Source: Candidatus Bathyarchaeota archaeon
GTDB taxonomy: Archaea > Thermoproteota > Bathyarchaeia > Bathyarchaeales > Bathycorpusculaceae
Assembly (NCBI GenBank): GCA_963717465.1
Contig: OY970340.1
Span: forward strand, 2,432,001-2,496,000
Length of the DNA: 64,000 nucleotides
Direction: 5' to 3'
The first letter of the stretch is position 1; every line of letters begins with the position of its first letter. Below are positions 20,087 to 31,669 of the stretch, one piece after another. A program made the position numbers and the translations under genes. The notes under the pieces are model-generated. The model saw only the letters and a list, made by a program, of their open reading frames with translations. It was not told the DNA's origin and ran no database searches.

Positions 20087-21112
20087 ATGAAGGCCGCATT
20101 ATTATATCCTGATAATACTCCTGAGGGAAAATTCCGCATAGAGGACATACCAAAACCGGAAATTGGAGCAGGGGAGGTTCTTATTAAAGTTGATTTTTGC
20201 GGTATATGCGGTACAGACCTTCACATGCCGTATGATGCTTTAAGAATGGTGCAACGCACGCAGCATCCACTCATAGGACACGAGTTTTCAGGTGTTATAA
20301 CTAATGTTGGAGATGGAGTTAAAAAGCTTAAAGTAGGCGATAAAGTCGTAGGCGAAGCAGTAGTACCCTGCCTTAGTTGTAAAGCCTGCAAAGAAGGCAA
20401 ACTAAACATATGTTACGAACTTAAGTCTATAGGCTTCCATCTTCCAGGGTCATTCGCAGAATACGTTAAATTGCCAGCCTTTAAAGTCCTAAAGATTCCA
20501 GAAGGCGTTTCACAAGAACACGCAGCACTAACAGAGCCTCTATCAGTGGCGCTCCATGGAGTCAACAGAAGCAGAGTAAAGTCAGGTGACTCAGTAGTAA
20601 TTTTTGGTGATGGCCCAATAGGCCTAGGTATGGCACAGATGGTTAGAAGAATAGCCTCCAAGGTTATTTTGGTCGGCGCGGTTCATCAAAGGCTAAAGGT
20701 TGCAGAAGAGCTAAAGGTTGACTCAGCTATAAACGCTACAGAACCAAACTACCAGACTAAACTTAGGAGTGCAGTAGGAGTGATAGGAGCAGACATAATA
20801 CTTGAAGTCAGCGGAAATCCCACTGTACCTCAATTAGCACTGGAAATCTGCGCACGCGGTGGAAGAATAGTACAAACTGGCTTGTCAATGTCCTCTTCAA
20901 CTGTTCCATGGATGCATATCATGTCAAAGGAACTCGAAATAGTCGGTGCAAACGGCTACTTGAATGAGTTTTCCACAGTCTTAGATATGATGTCAAAGAA
21001 AATGATAACGCCTGAGATTCTAATTAGCACTATCAGACCGCTTGAGGAAATAAATGAGGCTATGGCAGCTGCACGTGCTTACCAAGTTAATAAAGTGCTG
21101 CTAAAACCATAA
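20087..21112 (+). CDS. Zn-dependent MDR alcohol dehydrogenase (threonine/sugar DH-like)
   Basis: CGICGTDLH, GHEFSG, CLSCKAC..C, GDGPIG motifs. Confidence 0.92.
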   Translation: MKAALLYPDNTPEGKFRIEDIPKPEIGAGEVLIKVDFCGICGTDLHMPYDALRMVQRTQHPLIGHEFSGVITNVGDGVKKLKVGDKVVGEAVVPCLSCKACKEGKLNICYELKSIGFHLPGSFAEYVKLPAFKVLKIPEGVSQEHAALTEPLSVALHGVNRSRVKSGDSVVIFGDGPIGLGMAQMVRRIASKVILVGAVHQRLKVAEELKVDSAINATEPNYQTKLRSAVGVIGADIILEVSGNPTVPQLALEICARGGRIVQTGLSMSSSTVPWMHIMSKELEIVGANGYLNEFSTVLDMMSKKMITPEILISTIRPLEEINEAMAAARAYQVNKVLLKP

Positions 21113-21175
21113 AGATGAAATTGGTTGAAACAAGAAGTCAAGATAGCAACCAAGCGCCATTAGGAGTAATTAGGT

Positions 21176-21505
21176 ATGTGCTTTAGGCCAATTAGAGCTG
21201 AAAGAAATGAAACTGCGGAACAGCCAATAAAAATGGAAGAAGTGTCCTTTCTTCCCAAACAGATCAAAGTTATTATAAAGAACAAGGGAACTGAAGTTTG
21301 CAGCTTGAGGGGAAGAGTCATGATTCAAGACAGGGCAATACGGAATGAGACCGAGCATCCGGTCACGTGGAGTCAAGAAGATATCCCGCAAGACGGAACT
21401 TCCACGGGGACAATCGACTTTGAGTGGGAAAGCGGAAAAACCTATGACATTGCCACCGCGACATTGGAGGGGCAGGTAATATACGGAAATGGGAAAGCCC
21501 CGTAA
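21176..21505 (+). CDS. Hypothetical protein
   Basis: 109-aa ORF, co-directional with the ADH and preceded by an RBS-like GGAG. Confidence 0.5.
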   Translation: MCFRPIRAERNETAEQPIKMEEVSFLPKQIKVIIKNKGTEVCSLRGRVMIQDRAIRNETEHPVTWSQEDIPQDGTSTGTIDFEWESGKTYDIATATLEGQVIYGNGKAP

Positions 21506-21702
21506 ATTTTTCGTTTGTTCGGCAAAAAAATGTTTCAAGAGATATTTGACTCATATCTGAAACTCGCAGAATTAAGATAAAATCATCAGATTTTGGATTT
21601 GAAGTGGAAACCAGTTGCATTCAAGCTTAAGATTAAATCGCGAATAACCTTGATAATTTGTGGCTTTGAAAACAGATTTCCGATTTTTTTTTGACAAGTA
21701 TC

Positions 21703-22404
21703 TTAAGGTGCGCCTTCAGTGAGTTCTGAAAGAACTTTCTCATCAAATTTCAAAAATGCTTTTGTAATTCTCGCCACCGCTCTATAAAAGTCCTTCTTTG
21801 CGTGTTCCGTTACATCATCTGCCAATTTAGGAACCCATTTATCCAGATGCTGATTAAGGAAGTCTCTTTGAACTTCCAAGAGATTTTTCAATCTCGCCTG
21901 ATCACTATTCTTCAGCGCAGCATCTGTTTTCTCGCAAAGTTGTGCCATGAATGTTAGCTCCAACGCGATGTGATCTTCAGGCTCAAGAAAGTTGCTGGCT
22001 TTTTCCAAGCCTATTATCTTGTACATTTCCATAGCGTTATCTCTGGGTTGCTGCATTATAAAGTGGTCTTTACTTAAGTAAGCGGATTCCGAAGGGTGAG
22101 GTAAATCTGGTTGAATGCCAAGGAATAATGCAGCGTAATCAACGGCAAGCTCTACCTGGACCGCCTTCAATTCGCGGCCTTCCAAAGCTTGAATGTATTC
22201 ACCGAGATTTTTGAATCCGCGTGCAAGCTCGGTGCTTTGGATATCTGGATTTTCGGCCAAAGCTAAGAAAAACTCTTTCTTTTTCAATAAGTCATTGAGA
22301 AACTCTATAGTAACCTCTTTTGCGTAGACGGTTGCCAAAAATGAATAAATAATTTGCCTATTCTTATTCACAGTAACTAGTTCTTCGGAAAAATGATTCT
22401 TCAT
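21703..22404 (-). CDS. TorD/DmsD-family molybdoenzyme chaperone
   Basis: PSESAYL, EPEDHIALELTFM, FLNQHLDKWV motifs. Confidence 0.92.
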   Translation of the reverse strand: MKNHFSEELVTVNKNRQIIYSFLATVYAKEVTIEFLNDLLKKKEFFLALAENPDIQSTELARGFKNLGEYIQALEGRELKAVQVELAVDYAALFLGIQPDLPHPSESAYLSKDHFIMQQPRDNAMEMYKIIGLEKASNFLEPEDHIALELTFMAQLCEKTDAALKNSDQARLKNLLEVQRDFLNQHLDKWVPKLADDVTEHAKKDFYRAVARITKAFLKFDEKVLSELTEGAP

Positions 22405-22547
22405 GACGCTTCACATTTTCGAGTCAGTTACATAAAAGATTAGGTAATATAAAAAAATAATCGCCCCACGTGCCGATCTTATACTCGAAGTTTTCGAGCT
22501 GCAATATAAAGATGGGAGATAATGGTTTGGGCTTGTTAAAAGCCATC

Positions 22548-23414
22548 TTATTTTGTAAGATGACTAACGCAGCACTCCAGCATTACGTCGCCCAAGTAGA
22601 TATCTTTGTCAACGGCAATGTTTTCCATTAGCAATGCGTTGTAGCCTGAGAGTTCCACTCTCAATGTGTATTTGCCTTTATCCAACCCTTCGAAAGCAAA
22701 GTCGCCGTAGTTGTTTGTCGTCGTATCCAGTACTTGTCCTGTCGCTTCATTCTTTAGTGTTACTATCGCGCCATCCACGCAATCATCATTCAAATTGCTG
22801 TAGATTGAACCTGCGAGAAACGGCTTAGTGTGTTTATCCAAGTTAATGTAGAATACGTTTGGCTTAGTGTTATACTCTGGATGCAACTGCTTTGCTGCTC
22901 CACTGGCAACCAACTTGGCTACTTCGCTGGCTGGATCGTCTAAGTCACCAAAGGAAATTGCGGTAACGGGGCAAGAGTCAACGCACCGTGGCTTCTTCCA
23001 TCCTCTCTCAAGCAGATGCACGCAGAATGTGCATTTCTGCGGGATTGCTAATTCGTCATTCCAATAGGGAACACCGTATGGACAGTTTTTCTTCATGCTG
23101 CGTTGTCCAGCGCTTTTCACTGGATCGAAGATTACGATTCCGTCAGGGCGTTTGTATCCTGCTCCAGCTGGAGCTTCCTTAAGGCACATTGGATTATCGC
23201 AGTGCATGCATGGCATGGGTATGTGAGTATTCCAAGCTTTAGGGCATTTTCCGCGTTCCTTCTCGATTACTTTCATCCAGAAGTGTCCCATGTCCGGTTG
23301 GGCTTGGGAGTATGGTGGCCAAGCATTGCCAACGTATTCGTCTCTGCAAGCTAGATAGCAAGTGTAGCATCCGATGCATTTCTTTAGGTCAATAACCATC
23401 CCGTACTTTGTCAT
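22548..23414 (-). CDS. 4Fe-4S subunit with C-terminal beta-sandwich (transhydroxylase BthL-like)
   Basis: CIGCYTC..AC, PCMHCDNPMC, CTFCVH..CVDSCP; tail with TTNNYGDFAFEGL. Confidence 0.85.
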   Translation of the reverse strand: MTKYGMVIDLKKCIGCYTCYLACRDEYVGNAWPPYSQAQPDMGHFWMKVIEKERGKCPKAWNTHIPMPCMHCDNPMCLKEAPAGAGYKRPDGIVIFDPVKSAGQRSMKKNCPYGVPYWNDELAIPQKCTFCVHLLERGWKKPRCVDSCPVTAISFGDLDDPASEVAKLVASGAAKQLHPEYNTKPNVFYINLDKHTKPFLAGSIYSNLNDDCVDGAIVTLKNEATGQVLDTTTNNYGDFAFEGLDKGKYTLRVELSGYNALLMENIAVDKDIYLGDVMLECCVSHLTK

Positions 23415-23417
23415 TGT

Positions 23418-26210
23418 TTATACCCCCTCCACTTGTACTAGGAACCAACCTACGGCGAAACCGAAGCAGTTGGCTGAAATAGTTTTATACGGTGAAATCG
23501 CTGCAACCATGCCGTTCGTATCCATCAACGGATCAGCGGCTGCTGGACCAGCTGGGCGGTAGTTAGCTCCGAATGTCTGGCGGACGACTCCTGGAGGCAC
23601 GAATTCTGTAATGTGTACTGCTGAAAGAACTGTTCCGCGGTCGTTAAAGACTTTGACGATATCACCTTCTGACAAATGTCTGTCTTCTGCGTCGATTGGA
23701 TTCATCCACATGGCCTGCGTCCAGACACCGTTTTTCGCTTTTATCATCCAGCGAGGTGTTGTCTCCCAGAGCCAGGTGGCGCTTCTGTACCTGCTATGGA
23801 ATCCGAATCGTGAGTGAGAAGTTGCTAGGAGCAGTGGGTACTTTCTTCCGCGTTTTGAAAGTCGGCTCTCTTGGTGTGTTATTCCTTCAGCGACGTAGTG
23901 TGGTACTGGCGCTCTTTCTTTGTCGTCTGGGAAGAACTTCTTGAGGTTCGTCGATTCGAATTCGAATTTCCCGGAGGGTGTTCTAAGTCCCTTTCCCTCA
24001 GGCTGGTCATGGTACCAACGGAGTCCGGGGCTTCTCTTGTATGTCTCCATGTCTGGGAACTTTACGACGTAGTATCCTTTCTTCTTGAAGTCGTCAAGGC
24101 TCATGACTTTGCTAGCTGGGCAGTCTCTCTTATAGACCAACTTCATCATTTCGTCCAAAGTCATCCCATCAGAAAACTCTCTTTCAAAGCCTAGTTTTCT
24201 TGCTAGTTCAGTGGTAATTTCAAGGTCTGATTTAGATTCCCCTATTGGTTCGATGCATTTTTCCATAAATGCGTATACGTCGTTACCCCACGCGTTTTTC
24301 CAAATCCATTTCGGAGCAGTACAAGATAATCCAGCATATGAACCGCAGATGTCGTTCTGTTCCATTGGGGTTGTTACCGGCAGAACTAAGTCGGCGAAGT
24401 GACAGTCACCTTCAAACCACGGAACTTGTATACATATGAACTCTAGTTTGGGACTCCTGAAAGCTTTCATCCATTCGTAAGTGCCGTTCCAATTTGCTAT
24501 CATTGAAGCGTAACCACTCCAGTACATGTGAATTTCAGACAGACCAGGGGTTGGATAAGTGGCTTTCCAGAACTGTTGCGTTGGATTAGTATGGAATCCC
24601 CAATCTCCTCCGCTGACTTCCGATGGTGGCCCGCGGGGTGCTTTTCCAGGTTCCACTGTTTCGCCATTGATGCCTCCATACCACGATACTGGGGGGTTCA
24701 GGATGCCGCCTGGGAACTGGGTGTAAAATACACTCTGCATTACTTTATTTTGTGGGAAGGAGTTGTATTGATACATTACCATGCGAGACCATTTTGCAGC
24801 GTCAGGATTGGTTGGTGCGGATGGAGTTGAGAACATGGTAACACCTGGCTTTCCATAACCCTGCATAACCAACAGCAGAATAGCCATTCTACAATGTTCA
24901 CTACCATATGGACCTCTACCTGCCATACAGTGCGTGGATATAGATGTAGTTTTTGAAGCCCATTCTTTTGCAAGTGCCCTTGTTATTCTGGCTTTGACAC
25001 CGGTAATCTTTTCAGCCCATTGAGGTGTCTTTGGAATTCCATCCTCGTCCCCCATGACATATTCTTTAAACTTGTCGAAGCCGATACTGTGAGTCTTGAC
25101 ATATTCCTTGTCATAAGTATCATCCTTAATCCATTGATAGGCAATCGCGGCCATTAATGCTGCATCGGTGCCTGGGTAAATTGGAATCCATTTGTCCGCT
25201 AATTTGCTTGTTAGCTCGTTACAGTCTACGTTGATCGCAACGATCTTTATTCCAAGGTCCTTAATCCAGTTCCACCAAACGTTGCTATCATTTCCTTCTC
25301 CCTCATAGGTTGTAAGTGCATCCTCTGCCCAAACTACAAGAAGCTTGGTGTTCTGCAGAACATCCTCTAGCACATCTAAGCAACCGCCAAGATATCCCGT
25401 TGGGTTAAACATGAAACCGCAGTGGTGATATCCACCCCAGAAAAAGCCTTCTGCACTGTCAGTGTTGCGCACCAGAGGTGTATGCCCGCCGAAAACTGTT
25501 AGAAATCGATCGATCTTTCTTGTATGAAGCCTTGCAGCAATCCCATGTCCACTGTCTTTCATTGCTATTGCTGAGTTCCCATATGTCGTCTTCATCCGCT
25601 TCAGTTCACTTGCTAAGATGTCAAAGGCTTCATCCCAAGTAATTCTAACAAATTCACCCTTGCCTCGGTTCTCAACACTACTCTTGCCGCCTGGTTCGAA
25701 CCCGACACGTTTCAAGGGGTACTTGACACGGTTTGATGCGTAAACAATTCTGCGGAACGCTTGGTCGAAGGTTGAAATGTGTGTCTTCTTTTCAGGAGTG
25801 TAGGTTTTGCCGCCAGCTGTGATACTCCATGGATGCGCTTCCTCTTCAGTGAAAGTCATTGGCGTAACGCGGATAATGCGCCCGGCTTTCGTGTAAACCC
25901 AAGCTGGGGCACCGCCTAGGACATCGCCTACAATAAAAGGATGCCTCTGTTCATCCTCCGCTTGAGGATTAATTGGGTTCGCAGTCACCGTTACGCCGCT
26001 TTGAGCCAAGGGTTTTGACTGCTGCAGAAGCCCGCTTCCACCCTTATCCAAGCCTGCTACCGCTGTGGCAGCTGCAGATAAAACGCGCTCCGACGCTTCT
26101 TTGCCTATTTGCTCCGGATATAAAGTCTTAGGTCCAACAAGTTCATTTGAATCTTCCGATTTCTTGTTTACACCCATATCTGGTAAATTTGCTATAACAT
26201 CCGTTGCCAT
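23418..26210 (-). CDS. DMSO-reductase-family molybdopterin enzyme, pyrogallol transhydroxylase AthL-like
   Basis: GRIIRVTPM..W.I.AGGKTYTP, RNTDSAEGFFWG (Ser ligand region), PGTDAA; no N-terminal FeS motif or TAT signal. Confidence 0.85.
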   Translation of the reverse strand: MATDVIANLPDMGVNKKSEDSNELVGPKTLYPEQIGKEASERVLSAAATAVAGLDKGGSGLLQQSKPLAQSGVTVTANPINPQAEDEQRHPFIVGDVLGGAPAWVYTKAGRIIRVTPMTFTEEEAHPWSITAGGKTYTPEKKTHISTFDQAFRRIVYASNRVKYPLKRVGFEPGGKSSVENRGKGEFVRITWDEAFDILASELKRMKTTYGNSAIAMKDSGHGIAARLHTRKIDRFLTVFGGHTPLVRNTDSAEGFFWGGYHHCGFMFNPTGYLGGCLDVLEDVLQNTKLLVVWAEDALTTYEGEGNDSNVWWNWIKDLGIKIVAINVDCNELTSKLADKWIPIYPGTDAALMAAIAYQWIKDDTYDKEYVKTHSIGFDKFKEYVMGDEDGIPKTPQWAEKITGVKARITRALAKEWASKTTSISTHCMAGRGPYGSEHCRMAILLLVMQGYGKPGVTMFSTPSAPTNPDAAKWSRMVMYQYNSFPQNKVMQSVFYTQFPGGILNPPVSWYGGINGETVEPGKAPRGPPSEVSGGDWGFHTNPTQQFWKATYPTPGLSEIHMYWSGYASMIANWNGTYEWMKAFRSPKLEFICIQVPWFEGDCHFADLVLPVTTPMEQNDICGSYAGLSCTAPKWIWKNAWGNDVYAFMEKCIEPIGESKSDLEITTELARKLGFEREFSDGMTLDEMMKLVYKRDCPASKVMSLDDFKKKGYYVVKFPDMETYKRSPGLRWYHDQPEGKGLRTPSGKFEFESTNLKKFFPDDKERAPVPHYVAEGITHQESRLSKRGRKYPLLLATSHSRFGFHSRYRSATWLWETTPRWMIKAKNGVWTQAMWMNPIDAEDRHLSEGDIVKVFNDRGTVLSAVHITEFVPPGVVRQTFGANYRPAGPAAADPLMDTNGMVAAISPYKTISANCFGFAVGWFLVQVEGV

Positions 26211-26530
26211 TTTCTCTTATCTCCAATTTTCTTTAAGGAGCCCAAACATTTATAAAACTTTCGAGAACGCGGTAACAATTTTTCAAAAATTAGTGATAGG
26301 AAATTGCAACATTTTTTCAAAAAATCTCTAATAACAATAATTTTTCAAAAAATTGTAAAAATAAGGTTTCTTCCGAAAAAATTAAATTCACGCACGTTTT
26401 GAAGCAACTCCTTAGCCACTTTACTTTTAGGCAAAGGTACTATAACAAAAGAACACGTTAAAATAGCCTATGACGGGCTAACGCTTCAAATATAGATTTT
26501 CAACAAACCCGCAACAGGTGGCCCGTTACA

Positions 26531-27997
26531 TTACTCATATTTTTTAAGATCAGCTAATGCTGCTTTACTTTGTTCTATACGAAGTTTAAGTTCTTCTTTG
26601 AATTTTTCATTGTTGTTAATCATGTCAGTGGCTTCTTCCACAATAACGCTTTTTGAATCGCCATATCTTTCAATAGATTCCTGAATTTCTTGAGCTTTCT
26701 TCTCAACTACCGCTGCATCATTTCCCATATTAGCTGCTATCTTTGTTACTTGCGCCACATCGTTAACAACAGTCTCAGCTAATTTCCCAACGTCCTTTGC
26801 GATAACTGCAACGCCTTTAGCGATTTTCTCCAGCTCCTGAGCAGCAGACGTCTGCTCCTCAACCGTAGCAGAAACCTCCTCAGAAGCAGAAGAACTCTCC
26901 TCAGCAATACTAGCAACCTCATTAATCGTCCTAACAACACTATTCAGTGCATTAAGACCCCGATCAACACCACCCGTCAAATCACTCACTTTACTAGTCA
27001 TAGTCTCCATAATCTTAGCAATACCCTCAGCCTCCTTAATCGCATCCAAAACCACCTTCGTACCTTCAGCCGCATTAGTCTGAGACTGAGTAGCAATAAC
27101 ATTAGTCTGCGTTCCTGCATCTTTAATTCCCTTCACAAGGCTAATGGCTGATCCTGCAGCTACTTTTGATTGACCCGCCAAACCTTTAACCGCATCAGCA
27201 ACAACCGCAAAACCTCTTCCAGCCTCACCAGCCCTAGCCGCCTCAATCGCCGCGTTCAAAGCCAACATATTAGTCTGACCAGCAATATCCGACACACTAT
27301 TAGCCATCTGACCAACCTGCTCAACACTATTAACCATCGAAACCACCGCATCAGACACTTTAGTAATATTAGTCTTAATATCCTCAATAGCATGCAAACC
27401 CTGCTGACCCTTCTCATTAGCATACTTAGACTTCCTCAAAGCCTCCCCCGTAACAGAAGAAGCCTCCTTAGCAATAATATCGGCTTCATCCATAACTTTC
27501 TTTAAGGATTCTGTGCTTTTTGCTGCCTCCTGGGAAAGCTCAGCTAACTTTTGTGCCCCAGTAGATACTTGTTGTGATGCAGTGCTAACCTGCTGCATGC
27601 CTAAAGACATCAAATTTGACGTCTTTTCCACCTGCTTGCTCATGTTGTCAACGCTGACACCAGCTTTGGCGACATCTTGGGCACTTGCTAAAACTTTTTC
27701 AGCGTAGCTGCCAGCTTCTTTTGCTGAACCTGCGAATTTGGAAATTATTTCTGATGTGCTGATTGCAAGCTCGGCTGTGTTAACAACTAATACGTTGCTA
27801 TCGGTAACCGAAGTATTAATCTTGTTAGCAGAGTTTATACAACCATCGCTGTTTCCCATTATTTTCTCCGTAAATTGAATATCTTCTTCAAGTTTCTTTG
27901 CGTACATTTGCAGTATTTCTTGGTTCTGAGCTCGAAGCTTTTCAATTTCTTTTTCAAGCTGCTCTATTTTTCCTTTTTCTTGAGGCTCAGCAGTCAT
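26531..27997 (-). CDS. Soluble methyl-accepting chemotaxis protein
   Basis: [31 protein letters not shown] signature; no TM helix. Confidence 0.93.
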   Translation of the reverse strand: MTAEPQEKGKIEQLEKEIEKLRAQNQEILQMYAKKLEEDIQFTEKIMGNSDGCINSANKINTSVTDSNVLVVNTAELAISTSEIISKFAGSAKEAGSYAEKVLASAQDVAKAGVSVDNMSKQVEKTSNLMSLGMQQVSTASQQVSTGAQKLAELSQEAAKSTESLKKVMDEADIIAKEASSVTGEALRKSKYANEKGQQGLHAIEDIKTNITKVSDAVVSMVNSVEQVGQMANSVSDIAGQTNMLALNAAIEAARAGEAGRGFAVVADAVKGLAGQSKVAAGSAISLVKGIKDAGTQTNVIATQSQTNAAEGTKVVLDAIKEAEGIAKIMETMTSKVSDLTGGVDRGLNALNSVVRTINEVASIAEESSSASEEVSATVEEQTSAAQELEKIAKGVAVIAKDVGKLAETVVNDVAQVTKIAANMGNDAAVVEKKAQEIQESIERYGDSKSVIVEEATDMINNNEKFKEELKLRIEQSKAALADLKKYE

Positions 27998-28409
27998 TTT
28001 TTACAAATCCTTTTTATTTTAATGGATTTGTTATTAATTTATTGATAAGTATCTTGCGACTTTATAATACATAATTAGAATTTTTTAATACAATACAAAT
28101 TTATCAATAAATTGCTTCTAATTAGCGCTTATAACGCAACAAGACAATGTTTGACAAATAAAGCGACCAAAAAGTTTAAAAGAAATCTGGCCCGGAAAAA
28201 GAAATTTTTGATGAGAGATCATTCGTATTCGAGCTATGCAAAAATTATGGTCTTTCATCACTTTCAAGCATCATCTGCATGTTTAACAATCGCTTCTCAA
28301 AAAACAAATAATGAGTCTGATAATGCATATTCTTTGATGGTTTTAGACCTATAAATTTATACAAGAACAAAATTAGAATTATGGGAATTGCAGAATTTTC
28401 CCTGATTGT

Positions 28410-28901
28410 TTATTTTTTGCTTTCTTGGAAGAGTTTCTTTATTGCGTTCATTCTTGCTTTCTGCGCTAGAACATCGCTTGTTACTATTGTTAATGCTTCT
28501 TCTGGGCACCATTTGACGCATTGCGGTTCGCCTTTTTCTTTACACATGTCGCAGACGTAGACTATTTTGGTTTCTGGATGCAGCATTATGGCTCCGTAGG
28601 AGCAGGCTTCTATGCACCAGCCGCAACCGTTACATTTGTCTTTGTCAACGGTAATTGTTCCTGTTTCCTCGGATTGTGTTAAGGCGTCTCTTGGGCAAGC
28701 TGCAACACATGCGGGTTCTTCGCAGAGTCTGCATGTAACGGCCATGTTAGCTAACTGGTTAACTCTGACAGCGCGTATTCTTGATTTTAATGGGTTAAAA
28801 GCTTTCTCTTTGGTCATTGAGCAAGCATACTCGCATATTTGGCAGCCAACGCATTTGTCCGGGTCAGCTGAAACAAATTTTTTCTCGTGAATTTTAACCA
28901 T
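28410..28901 (-). CDS. 4Fe-4S dicluster protein, AOR partner
   Basis: Four Cys clusters; paralog of 33966-34532. Confidence 0.92.
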   Translation of the reverse strand: MVKIHEKKFVSADPDKCVGCQICEYACSMTKEKAFNPLKSRIRAVRVNQLANMAVTCRLCEEPACVAACPRDALTQSEETGTITVDKDKCNGCGWCIEACSYGAIMLHPETKIVYVCDMCKEKGEPQCVKWCPEEALTIVTSDVLAQKARMNAIKKLFQESKK

Positions 28902-28904
28902 AAT

Positions 28905-30766
28905 TTACGCCTTCTTCTCCTCAATTATACTGGAATAATCATTCAATCCTAATTCCTCAAGCTTAGCTTTAGTAGGCACGCCATCCAATGTCCAACCGCG
29001 CGCCTTATAATAGTCATCCAGCAACAGATCAAGTTCATCCTGAGATACAAATGCACCCTTCGTTGGTCCATCATCTGGGATTGGCAAATTCATAACTTTC
29101 CATGGCAACGTATCATCTTTTCTGCCTAAGCCTTCTCTAGTGTTGATGAGTCTTGCAACATTGTTTATTCTTTGACCAGCAGCCGCAATTTCTTCAGGCG
29201 ACATTTCAAATCCTGTAACTAAACTGTAGAGTTTAGCCAGCTCCACCATCTCCTTGTAAAATGTTCCTTTGGCATTCTTGCAGACAATTAATGAATCAAT
29301 AACTGAGTAAGAATCTTCAAGGTCTTCAACCAGTTTTGCCTCGTCCTTTCTCAGCTTTCAACCGATCAACTTTATTGGTTAAGTCTAAAACGTAAGCGCC
29401 GCTTCTATTGTGATCTGCTCCACGGAAAGAAACCGCGTACCCCAACGCTGCAGTTTTAAGGCATCGGGCGTCATATCCTGTAACTTCTAATCCTTTAATA
29501 TGTTGAGCAAGCTTGTCAGAACCTTTTCCAATTTTGGCTGCTGCAGCTTTTACTCCGTCAGCAAGGACTTCGCCGATTCCTTCACGTTTACCCATAAGTT
29601 CAAGAAGCTTTAACATTGCTTCAGCATTGCCAAAGCTGAGCATCAATTCCGCCTAATTCTTCTTTGGAAAGTATGCCTTTTTCATAGCAATCCATTGCAA
29701 ATCCAACAGTTACTCCTGCGCTTTGCACATCCATGCCATAGTAATTGCATAATTCAGCGCCTTTAATTATAGCATCAAGTTTGTCTATGCCACAGTTTGG
29801 TCCAAGAGCCCAGACTGCATCATATTCCATTCGAGCCATGGTTCCCTTGTATGGTCCATCGCGAATTACTGCTTCATGTTCACATCGCATTGGACAAGAG
29901 TTGCAGGCGATGATTTTTGAAATATAAGTTTGATTTAATGCTTCCCCGCTTACTTTATCCGCGTTCATCAAAGTACAGAATTATTGTAATTGCGGGTAGG
30001 CATACAACTTGCTCCGTTATTGATAAGAACGTTTTCAACCGTGCCTAAACCTCGATACTTCTGCGTTGCTGGGCCTTTCATTCTTTCATGAAATTCCTTA
30101 ACCATATCCATAAATTCTTCAGGTTTAGCTACAACTATGTCGTGTGTTCCTCTAACAGCAATAGCTTTAAGGTTCTTTGAACCCATGACAGCGCCTAAAC
30201 CCGTTCTGCCAGCCGCACGAGTTTTCTCGTTCAGTATACTCGCGATTTTAGATTGTTTTTCTCCTGCTAAACCTATTGAGGCCACTCGAACATACGAGTC
30301 TCCAAGCTCATTCTTAATCGCCTCTTCAGTTTCCCACGGAGATTTCCCCCAAACAGCTGCAGCGCCAAACAATTGAACTGAATCATCATCTATCCATAAA
30401 TAAACAGGCCTTTCAGATTTACCAGTCAACACAATCAGCGTCGTAACCTGCTCTTTTTAATTCTGCGCCGAAAGTGCCATGACTTACCGCTTCACCAACG
30501 CCTCCAGTTGCTGGCGACTTTGAAATAAACGCGTGCCCGTTTCCTCCTGTTGGAAACATCGTTCCTGAAACTGGACCAAGAGCTAAAACCAAAGGGTTTT
30601 CAGGGCTAAGCGGGTCTACACTTGCTTTTGAATTAGTTAGCCATAAATGCATTCCTAACCCTATGCCGCCAATGTATTTTTTAGCTGTTGCTTCATCTAA
30701 TTTTTCAATATGAGTCTTGCCATTGGATAAATCAACAAATAAAATTTTTCCTGCGTAACCTAGCAA
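28905..30766 (-). pseudogene. aor: Aldehyde:ferredoxin oxidoreductase with four frame breaks (pseudogene or assembly error)
   Basis: Five consecutive ORF pieces collinear with the intact paralog (SKSPATGG, GAVMGSKNLKAIAVRG, RGADH, DDYYKARGW). Confidence 0.85.
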
Positions 30767-31154
30767 ACCTATTCCTCACCTATATTTTTGAGTGTCTATA
30801 CTCCTTTGAACAGTATATTAAGTTAATGGGTATTAATTTTAAATTTTAGGTTTCTTCTAACCTAAAAAAGATTCATGTAAACAGCAAAGAACACAAGTCC
30901 ATTTAATTCAATTTTCAGAAATATATGAAAAATCTCTAAAAACACTCATATTCATGCGATGACCAAACATCAAGTTAGAAACTTAATAAATATGGAGAAC
31001 ATCCTAAAACATGAAGCTCTGTATGCAAAAGTCGACTTGTGAAACTCAATCTTGATAGACTTGATGGCGCTAGAATTGCTTGAAAGCACTTATTAACCGT
31101 AGACATGTCGGAAGTTGAGAAGTTAATGAATACTGAAAGAAAATCGGACTTGGA

Positions 31155-31658
31155 CTGATCGGGAAAAAAAGGCTAAAATCTAATTCAGATAAAATCGAAG
31201 TTAAAGAATTATTCAAAGCAGACATTCCCGAAATAGAAGCCTTGCTTAAAATAGTCTGGTCAACCGCTTTTGAATATCCCCAAGATTGGAGAAGAAAAAG
31301 GAATGCTGATCACAAGAGCAAATTTTGCAGGAGATGCAAAAAGGTTACCATTATTTTGGAATAAGAATTGGCGACAAACTTGCTGGATTGTACAAAGCGA
31401 TAATCACAGAAAAAGGTTTGCTTGGTGAACACCAAGCGGTTGATCCAGACTTTAGAGGGCAGAGGTCTTGCAACCGCTATGTACCTTCAATTCATGGATT
31501 TTTGCAAAAAGAATAAATGTGGAAAAGTTTACATAAACATTCTTGCGAAACAAACAGCCAGTATAAAAATAATGGAGAAACTGGGTTTCCAAAAGAGCGG
31601 ACAAGAGTACGAGCAGGCAAAAGGCATGCTAGTTCAAATTTACGAGAAAAAAGTTTGA
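31155..31658 (+). CDS. GNAT acetyltransferase, frameshifted; start approximate
   Basis: AVDPDFRG/RGLATAMY split across frames; ASIKIMEKLGF. Confidence 0.7.
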
Positions 31659-31669
31659 GAGGAGAAATT

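Noticed and set aside
29326..30432. TGA stops in AOR fragments as recoding or programmed frameshifts
   Set aside because: Homology to the intact paralog continues in other frames, so these are indels.
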